NCBI GenBank assembly: GCA_010093605.1
Contig: MU004182.1
Span: 2,527,195-2,591,194 of the forward strand
Reading direction: 5' to 3'
DNA from: Lophium mytilinum
Taxonomy: Eukaryota
Length of the DNA: 64,000 nucleotides
Shown: piece after piece, positions 62,271 through 64,000 of the stretch
How the letters are laid out: every line of letters starts with the position of its first letter
Position numbering within the stretch: position 1 is the stretch's first letter
Notes under the pieces: generated by a model
Database searches by the model: none
What the model saw: only the letters and a program-made list of their open reading frames with translations
Told to the model about the DNA's origin: nothing
Translations under genes and position numbers: made by a program

Positions 62271-63366
62271 CTAGAGATCAGCGTAACTAACTTTGACATC
62301 TCTCACAAGGCCGATTGGGTCCTTCAAATCTACCCATCCACAGTAAGGGCTCGATACGGAGTATCCGATCATTCTTTGAATATTTTCCGGCATCTTCTTC
62401 ACGTCCTCAATGGGGTTGGCTAGGAACTGATTCTCCTCCTGCAAATACTTATTAACATGATAGGCTCCCGAGTGTAGTGCAGTAAGAAATATACCTGGCG
62501 GAGATAGCCACGACACATGAACGAGCCGAAAAGCATTCTCGTTTTATCGGTCGTATTAGCAGAGCCTTTAGCATACATGTCAGTACGAGTCAGGCAGTTC
62601 GAAAAATTCAAGACGTCGAGACAAACCTCCATGGAAGCAGCTCGCCAGCATTAAAAACACATCTCCAGGCTGCATGACCGCGTACACAGCTTTGCTCTCA
62701 TCCCCTGGCCCTTCCGACGAGTTATCCAGATGCGAGCCGGGGATGAATCTCGTCGCTCCATTGGCAACGGTGGTTTCGGTCGCAGCTAGGAAGATGCCCA
62801 ATGCAGTGTCGCGATCCATGGTGTATTGATCAGCGCTAATCTTCGGAAGCCTCGTGTGATGCAAAGCGTCGTCGCGGTGGAGGCTCTGGGCTCGCGCGCC
62901 CGGTCCGATTGCAAGGACCGTGGTCGAGTTTAGCTGCGGAACCGAGACGTAATGCTCCTCCTTGTCTCCAATCCAGGTGGTTGTTCTTGTGGTCAGGAAC
63001 TGGTTGCTGATTTCAACGAAGAGGGGGTGCGCGAGCACTTTCTCTGTGTACGAGGGCGATTTTGCTGGTAGTCCGTTGACTCCTGCATCTGCTGTTAATC
63101 ACTGTTTAACGTTATTCCACGTCGGCGAACCTACGACGCGTCTCTGGGGGGAAGAAGTCGCCTTCCCAGGGCACATCGGCGTCGAGGTATGGTTTTACCT
63201 CCTTTACCATTGTGTCGAGGCTCTCGCGATCTACCAGTCCTCGAATAAAGCAGCCGCCATTTCTAGCAATTGATCGCACGACTTTGTCTGCTGAAGCGGT
63301 GCTCGCGTCAAAGCTGTCGACTGTGAAGCCGTCGGTTGGCTTTGGGGTTTCAACGGCGGAAGGCAT
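62271..63366 (-). CDS. PhyH-family Fe(II)/2-oxoglutarate dioxygenase
   Basis: IGPGARAQSLHRDD (HxD), ANGATRFIPGSH, CFHGGSAN and GYLRQEENQFL; three introns. Confidence 0.93.
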
Positions 63367-63965
63367 TTCAGAAGGTGTAAATGATCAAGATTCCACAAAA
63401 TTAGATTGCAATGGTACTGAATGCGCTCGCGGGCCGTTGCTTGGGTATCTTACGAGTTAATTAGAATGAAGGAGTCTTATAAACGCTTTTCCCCTGCTGT
63501 AGTTACCCGGTTCTGGCTTGCATATCTATGCGATTGGTGCTCGTGGTCGCCTGCCCGATGGGGCGGAGGATGTGGCGATCTCTCTTTTGAGCCGATTTAC
63601 TTTATTTTAGCGTGAACCTGCACTCTGCAAGGTGCCTTTGGCAAGCAACAACGAGATGGCCTGAGCAACCATGATCTACGAAAGCTTCAACTGTGTGAGA
63701 TTGAGAGCGGTCTTTACGTAACTTCGCTCCTTACGGAAGAGCCAGACAAAAGTGGTGAACAAAGTCTGCCAAAAGGAGTTCGCCAGAGACATCCGTTTGT
63801 CATCATAGAATATGCTTGCTGGAAGTGTATTCTGCTCATGTTTTTATAATCTAAATACATTCTTGCCCTTTCATTCATTCATGTTAGAAGACCCCCGATA
63901 TTCGTTAACTTCTCCACACCATTCTTCAACTTGTTTCTCTAATTTTCTATCTTCAGAGTCAAGCC

Positions 63966-64000
63966 ATGAGAATCGCAATTGCCGGCGCCGGCGACCTGGC
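63966..64000 (+). CDS. 5' end of an NmrA-like/Rossmann-fold oxidoreductase (truncated by the window)
   Basis: GCCATG then MRIAIAGAGDLA (beta-strand plus GxGxxA); only 11-12 codons are visible. Confidence 0.65.
   Translation, partial: MRIAIAGAGDL

Overview
Gene-dense, intron-containing eukaryotic DNA from a filamentous ascomycete fungus. The evidence is short GT-AG introns with CTRAC branch points and a Pezizomycotina-type gene set; the exact taxon cannot be determined from sequence alone. I reconstruct about 23 protein-coding genes by manual splicing: amino-acid permease, F-box protein, ATG15, VPS9-domain GEF, xanA-like dioxygenase, CBM18/CE4 chitin deacetylase, UTP17, RPB10, RCC1, secreted 5'-nucleotidase-like enzyme, an orphan, a PH/PY protein, PDX1, a mitochondrial membrane protein, YTA7, a small spliced ORF, a GFA protein, a C2H2 transcription factor, AGC1/Aralar, a BCAS3-like WD40 protein, and at the right edge an O-methyltransferase, a PhyH dioxygenase and an NmrA-like gene (probable secondary-metabolite cluster border). 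No tRNA, rRNA, CRISPR array or transposase was recognised. The most unusual non-genic signals are: (1) an unclassified ~161-bp repeat family present as a 5-copy tandem array, as inverted copies around a G-rich 9-mer minisatellite upstream of xanA, and as a solo copy; (2) a tandemly duplicated ~96-nt hairpin with compensatory base changes downstream of YTA7; (3) highly structured long introns; (4) GC-AG and stop-free 3n introns; (5) genes whose synonymous codons flip from C-ending to G/T-ending midway. All family assignments come from motif recognition, not database searches.
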